This document shows positions 1 through 8,270 of a stretch of 46,749 bases of DNA, piece by piece. Position 1 is the stretch's first letter, and the number at the start of each line of letters is the position of its first letter. Both the position numbers and the translations under genes were made by a program. The DNA comes from Acidobacteriota bacterium (GTDB taxonomy: Bacteria > Acidobacteriota > Polarisedimenticolia > SMYD01), in NCBI GenBank assembly GCA_027295805.1, contig JAPUKF010000292.1, positions 1 through 46,749 on the forward strand, written 5' to 3'. The notes beneath the pieces were generated by a model. That model saw only the letters and a program-made list of their open reading frames with translations. It did no database searches and had not been told where the DNA came from.

Positions 1-371
1 TCGGGGATCTTGTTTCCGTTCACATCATTGCTGAACCCCCCATCCACATCGCACAAGTCAGGAACTCCGTTGAAATTGCAGTCCTGGCGTGTTCCCTCGG
101 CGATGTCGATGTCGTCGGAGACGCCATTGCCATCGCAATCGACGTCACATTCGTCGGGTACCCCGTTGCCATTCGTATCCGGGCTCGTGCCTTCGGCCAC
201 ATCGCACTCGTCGGGATTGAAGTTGCTATTACAGTCCGGCTACGAGCGCGTGATGACATCGATGCGGTCGTCCCTACCGTTATTGTTGCAATCGGCAGCG
301 AGCGAGATCTGGAATGGTGCCAGCAGGACAATTGCAGTGGTAGTAAGTAAGAATCTTGATGCACGACCCAT
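1..371 (-). pseudogene. Secreted Asp/Cys-rich repeat protein (DCNxNGxPDxCD-type repeats), N-terminal part. The frame is broken by one in-frame TAG (240-242) and runs off the window start.
   Basis: ATG 371-369 gives MGRASRFLLTTTAIVLLAPFQISLAA (signal-peptide-like), then DCNNNGRDDRIDVITRS followed by TAG. The same frame stays open from 239 to 1: PDCNSNFNPDECDVAEGTSPDTNGNGVPDECDVDCDGNGVSDDIDIAEGTRQDCNFNGVPDLCDVDGGFSNDVNGNKIP. Confidence 0.55.
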
Positions 372-508
372 GTTGACCTGCTCCCGTACGCGTCGTCGAG
401 GCAGACGAGATTTACGTCCAGTATATCGGCCGTCAGAGCTGGACGCCATCAGGCGCCATGTGTGCCTGGCAGATCGGGGTGGGACTGTCTGGAGAACCTG
501 AAGCTCGA

Positions 509-601
509 CCTGAACTGTCGGCGCGCCGACAGGTCAAGTTCTGCATGAAGTTTGAAAAGCTCAGGGTTTAAAGGAAGGCCTGAACTGTCGGGCGGCCGAC
601 A
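509..601. repeat. Two copies of a 23-nt GC-rich hairpin motif (CCTGAACTGTCGG-NNN-GCCGACA), 70 bp apart
   Basis: 509-531 is cctgaactgtcggcgcgccgaca and 579-601 is cctgaactgtcgggcggccgaca. The only differences are 3 nt at the hairpin tip. Stem arms TGTCGG/CCGACA and the 5' flank CCTGAAC are conserved. Confidence 0.6.
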
Positions 602-608
602 TCACAGG
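579..608 (-). terminator. Putative intrinsic terminator of the parAB operon (hairpin copy 2)
   Basis: It starts 8 nt after the parB stop (616-618). The minus-strand RNA is CCUGUGAUGUCGGCCGCCCGACAGUUCAGG (CCUG/CAGG plus UGUCGG/CCGACA stems), followed by CCUUCCUUUAAA, which is only moderately U-rich. Confidence 0.35.
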
Positions 609-615
609 AAGTGCT

Positions 616-1482
616 TCAGGTCTGCTTGCGCAGCTCCCTGATGATCTCCTGTAACGTCTTGATCAACTCGTCCCGGGGGACGTCGTCGCGCTCAGGAAAG
701 CGGATGGTCAGCGAGAAGGGCCGGTCCGGTCTGCGGACCTTGAAGACGAATCCGGTGGGGCGGCTGGTTGTCGAACCGGACCTCTCCCCTTCCCTCCCCG
801 GGTCGCCGTCATCTCTGGCCATCCTGCGGGCATCATCGCGGGTACTCACATCCCCTGAGCGCACGGCGGCGAGCATGCGGCGCATGTCGTCTTCATCGGT
901 CATGCGGGCAAGTTGCAGGAGGGTGGACTTGCTGCTGATGCCTGCCAGGCGGCACAGCTTGCGGATTTCTACCGGGATGGAGGCCAGTGAGAGAATTTCG
1001 GTGATGGAGGTTCGTGAGCGTCCGAGCATTCTCCCGATCTGCTCATGCTTGAAATTGAAGCGGTCCCGCAACTGGGCGATGGCATCGGCTTCCTCGAAAG
1101 GCGTCAGATTGCGGCGCTGGATATTTTCCACCAGCGAGATTTCGAGACAGCCGCCATCGTCCACATCCAGTTCGATGCAGGGGATGCGGCTCAGGCCTGC
1201 CTCCAGCGCAGCTCGGTACCGGCGCTCGCCGGCGATGATCTCGTAGGTGTCATTCTCACGGGCGCGCACCAGGAGTGGCTCAAGGATTCCCTTTTCCTGC
1301 ACAGAGACCACCAGTTCGGCGATCCCGCCAAAATGGCGACGGGGCTGATTGGGGGATGGCTTGATGCGCTCGATGGCAATCAGATGTCCTATAGCATCGC
1401 TGGGCCGCTCGGCCAGACGATCCACGAAGTGAACATCATGTCGCATGCGCTTTGTCTCTGGCAGTCCACGTTGCTTAGCCAC
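616..1482 (-). CDS. parB: Chromosome partitioning protein ParB/Spo0J
   Basis: IAIERIKPSPNQPRRHF, ILEPLLVR, IIAGERRYRAALEAG (arginine patch), and an HTH segment QIGRMLGRSRTSITEILSL. The start is either GTG 1482 (VAKQRGLPE..., overlapping the parA stop by 8 nt) or ATG 1446. Confidence 0.9.
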   Translation of the reverse strand: MAKQRGLPETKRMRHDVHFVDRLAERPSDAIGHLIAIERIKPSPNQPRRHFGGIAELVVSVQEKGILEPLLVRARENDTYEIIAGERRYRAALEAGLSRIPCIELDVDDGGCLEISLVENIQRRNLTPFEEADAIAQLRDRFNFKHEQIGRMLGRSRTSITEILSLASIPVEIRKLCRLAGISSKSTLLQLARMTDEDDMRRMLAAVRSGDVSTRDDARRMARDDGDPGREGERSGSTTSRPTGFVFKVRRPDRPFSLTIRFPERDDVPRDELIKTLQEIIRELRKQT

Positions 1483-2230
1483 GGCTGAGTACCTCTTCGG
1501 AAAGCTTGTAATACTCCATGGCGCCGGTTGAATTGGGGGCGAAGGAAAAAATGGATTGCTTGTAGGCCGGCGACTCCTCCAGGCGGATACTCTTTGAGAT
1601 GACAGTTTTGAAGACTTTGTCACCGAACACCTCGTTGATGCGCCGTTTGGTGTCGCGCCCCAGAACCGTCCTGCGGTCATGGAGTGTGACGACCACTCCC
1701 AGGAGTTGCAGGTCGGGGTTGGGGCGCTGGCGGATCTTCTCTATGGTTTCCAGAAGATCATCGGTTCCTTCCAGGGCATAGAACGACGACTGGATGGGGA
1801 TGAGAATGTGCGTGGATGCCACCATAGCGTTGACGGTGAGCAATCCCAGCGTGGGAGGCGTGTCGATGACGATGTAGTCGTAATCGGATCGCACCGAGGA
1901 GAGGCGATCCTTGAGGCGAAAATGGCCATCGAATTCAGCCACCATCCTGCTCTCAAATTTTGCCAGGCTGATCCTGGAGGGGGCCACATCCAGATTGAGG
2001 AGAGGTGACCGTTGCACCAGGCTGCTGATGGGCACGGATTCCTCGGTGAGAGCCTCGTACATGGACACCTGGACCTCCTCGAGGTTCAGGTAGGAGAGAG
2101 TGCAGTTGGCCTGCGGGTCCAGATCTATGAGCAGGGTCTTGAATCCACGCTGGGCGATGGCCGCCGCCAGATTGATGGCGGTCGTTGTTTTGCCGACCCC
2201 GCCTTTCTGGTTGGCGACAGTGAGGATCAT
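1475..2230 (-). CDS. parA: Chromosome partitioning ATPase ParA/Soj
   Basis: MILTVANQKGGVGKTTTAINLAAA (deviant Walker A), LLIDLDPQ, IVIDTPP. The upstream part of the 308-aa ORF is not ParA-like, so ATG 2230 was chosen. Confidence 0.92.
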   Translation of the reverse strand: MILTVANQKGGVGKTTTAINLAAAIAQRGFKTLLIDLDPQANCTLSYLNLEEVQVSMYEALTEESVPISSLVQRSPLLNLDVAPSRISLAKFESRMVAEFDGHFRLKDRLSSVRSDYDYIVIDTPPTLGLLTVNAMVASTHILIPIQSSFYALEGTDDLLETIEKIRQRPNPDLQLLGVVVTLHDRRTVLGRDTKRRINEVFGDKVFKTVISKSIRLEESPAYKQSIFSFAPNSTGAMEYYKLSEEVLSRG

Positions 2231-2258
2231 GGGCTGGGTGGAGATACGTCGGAAGGGT

Positions 2259-2771
2259 TCAATTCTCGTACTTGCCCATGTCCTCTGGCTGCAGACGCTC
2301 GAGCCAGCGGCGCAACTCGTCGGACTCCTTGCGTGACTCGTCGTCCAGATCGGGTGGTGAGGCACCTCCCGATTCAGGTCGGCTCGCCTTCTCGATGACA
2401 TCCTTGTTCACAAAGATGGGAGCTTCAGCCCTGAGTGCCAGGGCGATGGCGTCGGAGGGACGGCTATCCACCCTGAGCTCCTGGCCGTTGAAGCGCAGAA
2501 GGACGGAGGCGTAGAAGGTGCTGTCCTTGAGATCGGTGATGCTGATCCGCTCCACAGTGGCCTTCATGCTGTCCAGGACAGCCCGCAGCAGATCGTGGGT
2601 CATGGGGCGCGGCGTCTCGACATTTTCCAGCTTGAGCGCGATGGCGTTGGCTTCGAAGAGGCCGACCCAGATGGGTAGAATCGCTTTTCCCGACGGGTCC
2701 CGGAGGATGACGATGGGGGTCTGGGTGACCGGATCCATCATCAGACTCTTGACCTTCATTTCAACTTCCAT
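2259..2771 (-). CDS. Bifunctional nuclease (BFN/DUF151) family protein with a UVR-like C-terminus
   Basis: VILRDPSGKAILPIWVGLFEANAI, RPMTHDLL, FYASVLL...RVDSRPSDAIALALRAEAPIFV. GGAGGAG Shine-Dalgarno 7 nt upstream of ATG 2771. Confidence 0.85.
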   Translation of the reverse strand: MEVEMKVKSLMMDPVTQTPIVILRDPSGKAILPIWVGLFEANAIALKLENVETPRPMTHDLLRAVLDSMKATVERISITDLKDSTFYASVLLRFNGQELRVDSRPSDAIALALRAEAPIFVNKDVIEKASRPESGGASPPDLDDESRKESDELRRWLERLQPEDMGKYEN

Positions 2772-2914
2772 GCTGCCACTCCTCCTCTAGCCTGCCGGGC
2801 CGGGCTCCCGGAGGGATCACCGACGCGTGCACTTTGTCACATCTTTTTAAGGACTCAACTCTACAGGATTGTCCCCGGAGTGGCAAGGTGCCTTTCCGGC
2901 ACCTGCCGGGCGGC

Positions 2915-4255
2915 TCAAATTGCCGGTTTGGCGGACAGCGAGTGGCGATGTGCAGCGGTGATCCTGGCCATCATGATGCGCCCCATATCCTCCTCCAGCC
3001 TGGCGCCGTGGACATTGACCACGCGATTGCAGGGCGTGCGCCCACTGGCCACGCTGGCATCTCTGCGTGAAGGTCCAGCCAGGAGAACCGGCAGAGTGCG
3101 GCCGACCAGTTGCTGGTTCTCTTCCAGGCTGATCTCTTCCTGCAGGGCGAAAAGCTGAGTGAGGCGGCGCCCTTTCAGGCTCTCCGGGACATCATCGTCG
3201 CAGGTTGTCGCTGCCGTGGTCCCGGGACGGGGGGAGTACTTGAAGGCATAAACCTGGGAGAACCGTGCCTGTCTGAGAAGGTCGAGAGTGGCCTGGAAGT
3301 CCTGCTCCGTCTCTCCCGGAAACCCCACCATGAGGTCGGTGGAGATGGCCACGCCAGGAATGCGGCGTCGCAAATCCTCCAGTCGGCGGAAGTAATCGGC
3401 AATGCCATGACCGCGGCGCATGGCCTTGAGGACGGCGTCAGATCCGGACTGAACCGGAAGGTGGAGATGAGGGCAGATGGTTTCGTGGGCCGCCATGGCC
3501 GCTGCTGTGTTAGCGGTGAAGAAGGCGGGATGGCTGCTGGTGAAACGCAGCCTCTTCAACCCGGGAATGATTGCCACAGCTTCCAGGAGATGGTGAAACG
3601 CCTTGCGCCCATCCCGGTAGGCATTGACAGTCTGGCCCAGCAACTCAATCTCCAGAATTCCCTGGCCCACCCGGCGTCGCGCTTCCTCGACGATCTGCGC
3701 CATGGGCCGGTGTACCTCCCGGCCGCGGGTGCGGGGCACGATACAGAAGGCGCATCCCATGTTGCACCCTTCCATGATGGTCAGGTAGGCCATGGCGCCG
3801 GAGCGTACTCCCCTCCCCCCATCCCAGAAGATGGCGCTGAGATCATCGAGGGCCGTATCCACGATCCCGGACCGTGTCACCGCCGAGCGGGTACGAGCCT
3901 GGGTCAGGAGTTCGGGAAGGCGACCGATGCGCCTGGGTCCCATGACCAGGTCCACATGGCCGGCGCGTTTGATCACGGCTTCCCCTTCCTGCTGGGCGAC
4001 GCACCCGGTCACGCCGATCACGGTCTGGGGAGATTTTGTTTTCAGGTTCTTGAGTCGGCCCAAGAAATCAAACAGTTTCTCCTCCGATTTTTCCCGCACC
4101 GAGCAGGTGTTGAGCAGGATCACATCAGCGTGTTCGGCTGATGTGGTCGGGGTGTAGCCTTCATCCTGCAACAGGGAGGCCATCTTCTGCTCATCTTGGA
4201 CATTCATCTGGCAGCCCCAGGTCTTGATGAAGTACGAGCCGCGCGGGGAAGTCAT
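2915..4255 (-). CDS. miaB: tRNA-i6A37 methylthiotransferase MiaB (radical SAM)
   Basis: YFIKTWGCQMNVQDEQKMA, GCNMGCAFCIVPRTRG (CxxxCxxC), and a C-terminal TRAM-like region. Confidence 0.93.
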   Translation of the reverse strand: MTSPRGSYFIKTWGCQMNVQDEQKMASLLQDEGYTPTTSAEHADVILLNTCSVREKSEEKLFDFLGRLKNLKTKSPQTVIGVTGCVAQQEGEAVIKRAGHVDLVMGPRRIGRLPELLTQARTRSAVTRSGIVDTALDDLSAIFWDGGRGVRSGAMAYLTIMEGCNMGCAFCIVPRTRGREVHRPMAQIVEEARRRVGQGILEIELLGQTVNAYRDGRKAFHHLLEAVAIIPGLKRLRFTSSHPAFFTANTAAAMAAHETICPHLHLPVQSGSDAVLKAMRRGHGIADYFRRLEDLRRRIPGVAISTDLMVGFPGETEQDFQATLDLLRQARFSQVYAFKYSPRPGTTAATTCDDDVPESLKGRRLTQLFALQEEISLEENQQLVGRTLPVLLAGPSRRDASVASGRTPCNRVVNVHGARLEEDMGRIMMARITAAHRHSLSAKPAI

Positions 4256-4758
4256 GGCGTCTCCCCTGCCGCGCTGGAACGGACGAAGAACGGTCGCAGG
4301 CGCTGGTAGGTCTGGGGCGGCGTTTCAGGCACGATACGGGTCTCACCGATGACACTGGCGAAGTTGTTGTCACCCTCCCAGCGGGGAACAAGGTGAATGT
4401 GCAGGTGTCCCACCACCCCGGCCCCGGCGGCGCGGCCAAGATTCATGCCCACGTTCATACCGTCGGGGTTGTAGCTCTCGCGCAGAGCGGTCTCACACTG
4501 GGCCAGGGTCTCCATCACCGCCGCCCGTTCCTTTGCATTCGCATCGGCCAGATGCGCCACGTGTCGATTGGGAACCACCATGAGATGTCCGCTGCTGTAC
4601 GGGTAGAGGTTGATAATGACGAAACACTCCGGCCCGCGCTGCAAAACCAGGTTCTGCTCATCCTGGAGGTCGTCTCTGACCCCGCAGAAGAGACAACTCA
4701 TGTCCTTGCGCATGGATTGGAGGTAGGGCAGCCGCCATGGCGTGAACATCCTGTCCAT
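4252..4758 (-). CDS. HIT (histidine triad) family nucleotide hydrolase/transferase
   Basis: NLYPYSSGHLMVVP and GAGVVGHLHIHLVPRW (HxHxH motif). The stop overlaps the miaB start (ATGA at 4252-4255). Confidence 0.85.
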   Translation of the reverse strand: MDRMFTPWRLPYLQSMRKDMSCLFCGVRDDLQDEQNLVLQRGPECFVIINLYPYSSGHLMVVPNRHVAHLADANAKERAAVMETLAQCETALRESYNPDGMNVGMNLGRAAGAGVVGHLHIHLVPRWEGDNNFASVIGETRIVPETPPQTYQRLRPFFVRSSAAGETP

Positions 4759-4782
4759 CTGGCTGCGGGTTCGCCCGGTCCC

Positions 4783-5145
4783 TCAGAGGGAGATGTCGTC
4801 TTCGGGAGGTGGCTGGCCTCCGGCCGGGGTCTGGGGCTGCGCAGCAGGCCGCGGCGCAGATTCTGTGTGGTCGGCATTGATGAGTTCTTTCAGTTCTTTG
4901 CCGGGCTTGAAATAAGGGATGCGTTTGGCCGGGACCTCCACGCGTTCACCGGTCTTGGGATTGCGCCCCACCCTGGACTGGCGGCGCCGTATCCGGAAGC
5001 TGCCGAAACCGCGCAATTCGATCTTGTCATCGCTGCTGAGTGCCTCAATGATGGAATCGAAGACCGTGTTGACGACGATTTCGGCGTGTTTCTTGGACAG
5101 GTTGGAAGCCCGTGTCACATGTTCCACGAGTTCGGCTCGAGTCAT
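4783..5145 (-). CDS. HU/IHF-family DNA-binding protein (IHF-beta-like position after rpsA)
   Basis: MTRAELVEHV..., IELRGFGSFRIRRRQSRVGRNPKTGERVEVPAKRIPYFKPGKELK. Has a Pro-rich C-terminal tail. Confidence 0.88.
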   Translation of the reverse strand: MTRAELVEHVTRASNLSKKHAEIVVNTVFDSIIEALSSDDKIELRGFGSFRIRRRQSRVGRNPKTGERVEVPAKRIPYFKPGKELKELINADHTESAPRPAAQPQTPAGGQPPPEDDISL

Positions 5146-5166
5146 TATCAGAACCCCTGCCGCGGA

Positions 5167-7017
5167 CTAATCGTCATCATCATCGTAGCGATCGCGGCGG
5201 CGCTTGCTCTTGCCACGGCGCTTATCCAGCTCGGTGCCTACCATGTCGCCCAGGCTGATGCCCCCTCCGTCATGAGAGAAAGCGGCCATGTCGCTGGTTT
5301 GCGTGTCCTGGACGATGGCCTTCACCGAAAGCCCGACCTTGTTCTCCGTGGGGTCAATCTTGATGATCTTCACTTCGATTTCATCATTGAGTTCGAAGTA
5401 AGTTTCAGGATTTTCAACCCGCTCCATGGAGAACTCCGAGACGTGCACAAGTCCTTCCACGCCCGAGTCCAGTTCCACAAAGGCACCAAATTCGGTCAGG
5501 CGAACCACCTTGCCCCGGAGAACATCACCCACATTGTGAAGCCGGAAGAACTCGTCCCATATGTTGGGCTGCAACTGCTTGATACCCAGAGAGAGACGCT
5601 GATTCTCCGTGTCGATCTTGAGGATGACCGCTTCGACTTCGTCCCCTTTTTGCAGGATCTCCGAGGGGTGCTTGATGCGCTTGGACCAGGTGAGATCCGA
5701 AATGTGAACCAGCCCGTCGACACCGTCTTCCACCTCGATAAAAGCGCCAAAATTGGTGAGGTTGCGCACCTTGCCCGTGATGCGTGAGCCCACCTCGTAC
5801 TTCTGGTCGATCAGGGCCCAGGGGTTGGGCTCGGTCTGTTTCAATCCCAGCGACAGGCGGCGGTTCTCCTTGTCCAGATCCAGAACCATGGCTTCCACGG
5901 TTTCGTCCACATTGACGATCTTGGATGGATGTTTGACCCGCTTGGTCCATGACATGGCCGAAACGTGGATCAATCCTTCCACGCCCTCTTCCAGTTCCAC
6001 GAAGGCTCCGTAATCGGTGAGGCTCACGACCTTGCCGCCGACACGAGAGCCGATGGGATAGCGCTCCTCCACGTTGGCCCAGGGGTCCGGGGTCCGTTGC
6101 TTGTAACCCAGGGAGACGCGCTCTCGCTCAGCGTCGAACTTGAGCACCACGACTTCAACCTCGTCGCCGATGGAGAACAATTCCGACGGATGGTTGATGC
6201 GCCCCCATGACATGTCTGTGATGTGCAGGAGCCCATCCAGGCCGCCCAGGTCGATGAAGGCCCCGTACTCGGTGATGTTCTTCACCACGCCAAGAACGAT
6301 CTTGCCTTCTTCCAGGCCGTCCAGAGTCTTCTGCTTCTTCTCCCGGTTTTCTTCTTCCAGGATGGCCTTGCGGGAGAGGACAATATTGCCGCGCCTCCGA
6401 TTGACCTTGATGACGCGCATGTCCAGTTCCTGGCCTTTGTACGAATCCAGATTGCGCACCGGACGCAGGTCCACCAGGGAGCCGGGCAGGAAGGCGCGAA
6501 TGCCGATATCCACGGCCAGCCCCCCTTTGATGCGATCGACGATACGTCCGGTGATGGGCACGCCCTCACGATAGGCTGCTTCCACCCGCTCCCAGACTTT
6601 CATCTTCTCGGCCTTCTCCTTGGAGAGAACCAGATACCCTTCTTTGTTTTCGGTTTTCTCCAGGAGGACTTCGATCTCGTCACCTTCGGAGACATTGAGG
6701 CCATCCCGGGTGGTGAACTCATCGATGTCGATCATTCCCTCGGACTTGTAGCCGACGTCGACGATGACCTCGTTGGCCAGAATCTTGACAACGCGGCCCT
6801 TGACCACCTGTCCTTCGGACAGATCTCGCAGCGTATCGTCGTACATGCCCAGGAGTTTTTCGTACTCGTCCGGGGACAGCTCAGCCGAGCCCTTACCGAG
6901 CAGGTCGACCTCGGTGGTGAGGCCGCCCTCACCGGCACTGGCCGTGGAATCGGCTGCAGACGGGTTTCCCGCTCTGGCATTCGTCTGCGGATCACTCCGC
7001 TGATCTTGGGGATTCAT
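5167..7017 (-). CDS. rpsA: 30S ribosomal protein S1
   Basis: Repeated S1 (OB) domains (GQVVKGRVV..., ITGRIVDRIKGGLAVDIG, GVVKNITEYGAFIDLGG, GGKVVSLTDYGAFVEL, TGKVRNLTNFGAFIEV, RGKVVRLTEFGAFVEL). AGGAGG lies before ATG 7017. The stop codon is TAG (5167-5169). Confidence 0.93.
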   Translation of the reverse strand: MNPQDQRSDPQTNARAGNPSAADSTASAGEGGLTTEVDLLGKGSAELSPDEYEKLLGMYDDTLRDLSEGQVVKGRVVKILANEVIVDVGYKSEGMIDIDEFTTRDGLNVSEGDEIEVLLEKTENKEGYLVLSKEKAEKMKVWERVEAAYREGVPITGRIVDRIKGGLAVDIGIRAFLPGSLVDLRPVRNLDSYKGQELDMRVIKVNRRRGNIVLSRKAILEEENREKKQKTLDGLEEGKIVLGVVKNITEYGAFIDLGGLDGLLHITDMSWGRINHPSELFSIGDEVEVVVLKFDAERERVSLGYKQRTPDPWANVEERYPIGSRVGGKVVSLTDYGAFVELEEGVEGLIHVSAMSWTKRVKHPSKIVNVDETVEAMVLDLDKENRRLSLGLKQTEPNPWALIDQKYEVGSRITGKVRNLTNFGAFIEVEDGVDGLVHISDLTWSKRIKHPSEILQKGDEVEAVILKIDTENQRLSLGIKQLQPNIWDEFFRLHNVGDVLRGKVVRLTEFGAFVELDSGVEGLVHVSEFSMERVENPETYFELNDEIEVKIIKIDPTENKVGLSVKAIVQDTQTSDMAAFSHDGGGISLGDMVGTELDKRRGKSKRRRDRYDDDDD

Positions 7018-7145
7018 GTACAACCTCCTGGGGGGTCGACCGACAGTCCCCACCGCCGGGACCCGAGTATTGCGCGGGCCGGTCCTGCACTGGGACACGA
7101 TAACCGCTTGAAGCGCCTTATCTTATTCGTGGGCCTCCGGGACTG

Positions 7146-8270
7146 TCAAGCGGCATGGAGGCCCCGCTCGGTGCGCACCTTGTCCAGGGCCAGCAGGAAT
7201 CGGTCCATCTCGGGCCCGCAGCCGATGGAGACGCGCACATGGTCCTGGAATCCGTATCCATCCATGGGCCTGACGATGACCCCCTCATGAAGGAGGGCTT
7301 GAAACGCCTCCCGCCCGGGAAATCCGGGTGCCATGAGGACAAAATTGGTGCTGGAGGGGAGAAACTGGAGTCCCCGGCGGGTCAGCTCCGCTTCCAGGCG
7401 GTTCAGCTGGCGCCGGTTCTCGGTGGAGGACTGGATCTGGTGCTCGCGGTCATCCAGGGACGCCAGCGCCCCTGCCTGGCCGATGCTGTTGGTATTGAAG
7501 GGGGAACGGACCTTTTCCAGCGCTCTGATGATATCCGGATGGGCGATGCCATAGCCGATGCGGGCTCCGGCCAGAGCATGAATCTTAGAGAAGGTGCGCA
7601 GCACCATCACCGCCCCGCCGTTTCTCAATGCCTCGCAGGCGTCCGGGTAATCTCTGTCGTCAATATATTCGCGGTAGGCCTCGTCAACCACAGTGAGGAC
7701 TGTCCGGGGAACCTGGTCAAGGTAGGCGTCAAACTCGCTGCGGTCGCAGCGGGTACCAGTGGGGTTGTTGGGGTTGGCGATGAAGACAAGTCGGGTGGCC
7801 GGCGCCACGGCTGCAGCCATGGCGGCCAGATCATGGCGCCGGTCGGGGGTCATGGGGACGCTGCACACCGGGGCGGAGGCTGCCAGGGTGGCGATGCGGT
7901 ACATGATGAAAGCACCCTCCGAGACCAGCGATACCCCGTCGGGTGGCAGAAAAGCCTTGGTCAGCATTTCCACGATTTCCGTGGAACCGTTGCCGATGAT
8001 CAGCCACTCAACGGGAACATCCAGGTCCCGGGCCAGGCGCCGCTTCAGGTAATAGGCGCCGCCGTCCGGATACCGGTGGCAGCGGCTAGCGGCCTGGCGC
8101 ATGGCCTCGAGGGCATGGGGAGATGGTCCCTGGGGGTTCTCGTTGCTGGCCAGCTTGATGGTCTCTTTTAGACCGAGTTCGCGTTCCAGTTCCTCGGTGG
8201 GTTTACCGGGCTCGTAAGGCACGATGGTGGCGAGGTGCTCGTTCAACGTCAACGGCATGCCGTGGCTCAT
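7146..8270 (-). CDS. hisC: Histidinol-phosphate aminotransferase
   Basis: IKLASNENPQGPSP, RYPDG, FIANPNNPTG, RTFSKIHALAGARIGYG (PLP lysine). ATG 8270 overlaps the rluB stop (ATGA). Confidence 0.9.
   Translation of the reverse strand: MSHGMPLTLNEHLATIVPYEPGKPTEELERELGLKETIKLASNENPQGPSPHALEAMRQAASRCHRYPDGGAYYLKRRLARDLDVPVEWLIIGNGSTEIVEMLTKAFLPPDGVSLVSEGAFIMYRIATLAASAPVCSVPMTPDRRHDLAAMAAAVAPATRLVFIANPNNPTGTRCDRSEFDAYLDQVPRTVLTVVDEAYREYIDDRDYPDACEALRNGGAVMVLRTFSKIHALAGARIGYGIAHPDIIRALEKVRSPFNTNSIGQAGALASLDDREHQIQSSTENRRQLNRLEAELTRRGLQFLPSSTNFVLMAPGFPGREAFQALLHEGVIVRPMDGYGFQDHVRVSIGCGPEMDRFLLALDKVRTERGLHAA

Noticed and set aside
240-242. Considered TAG recoding (pyrrolysine or a reassigned stop) for the in-frame TAG
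   Set aside because: TAG functions as the terminator of rpsA (5167-5169) and comEC (25458-25460) in this same window. No pyl genes are seen. A nonsense mutation or sequencing error is more parsimonious.
500-615. Possible small RNA (SRP/4.5S-like: AGGTCAAG, AAGGAAGG strings) in the parB-downstream spacer
   Set aside because: There is no extended helix with the conserved domain IV loops. The similarity is a few short purine strings. The two local hairpins explain the structure.
4049-4055. CTTGAGT, a half-site of the HspR HAIR operator
   Set aside because: It lies inside miaB, and the required ACTCAAG partner 7 nt downstream is absent.
4558-4563. Search for parS (TGTTNCACGTGAAACA) near parAB; CACGTG cores occur at 4558-4563 and 28695-28700
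   Set aside because: The flanks do not match the parS arms (gcgcCACGTGtcga and tcttCACGTGtccc). No canonical parS was found in the window by eye.
4393-5787. 464-aa plus-strand ORF, plus similar long ORFs at 7155-8171, 9651-10976, 15635-16810 and 22298-23758
   Set aside because: They run antisense to, or out of frame with, genes that have unambiguous family motifs; this one crosses three gene boundaries (HIT, IHF, rpsA). Their translations are R/G/A/P-rich low-information sequence. Open antisense frames are expected in high-G+C DNA where TTA/CTA/TCA codons are rare.
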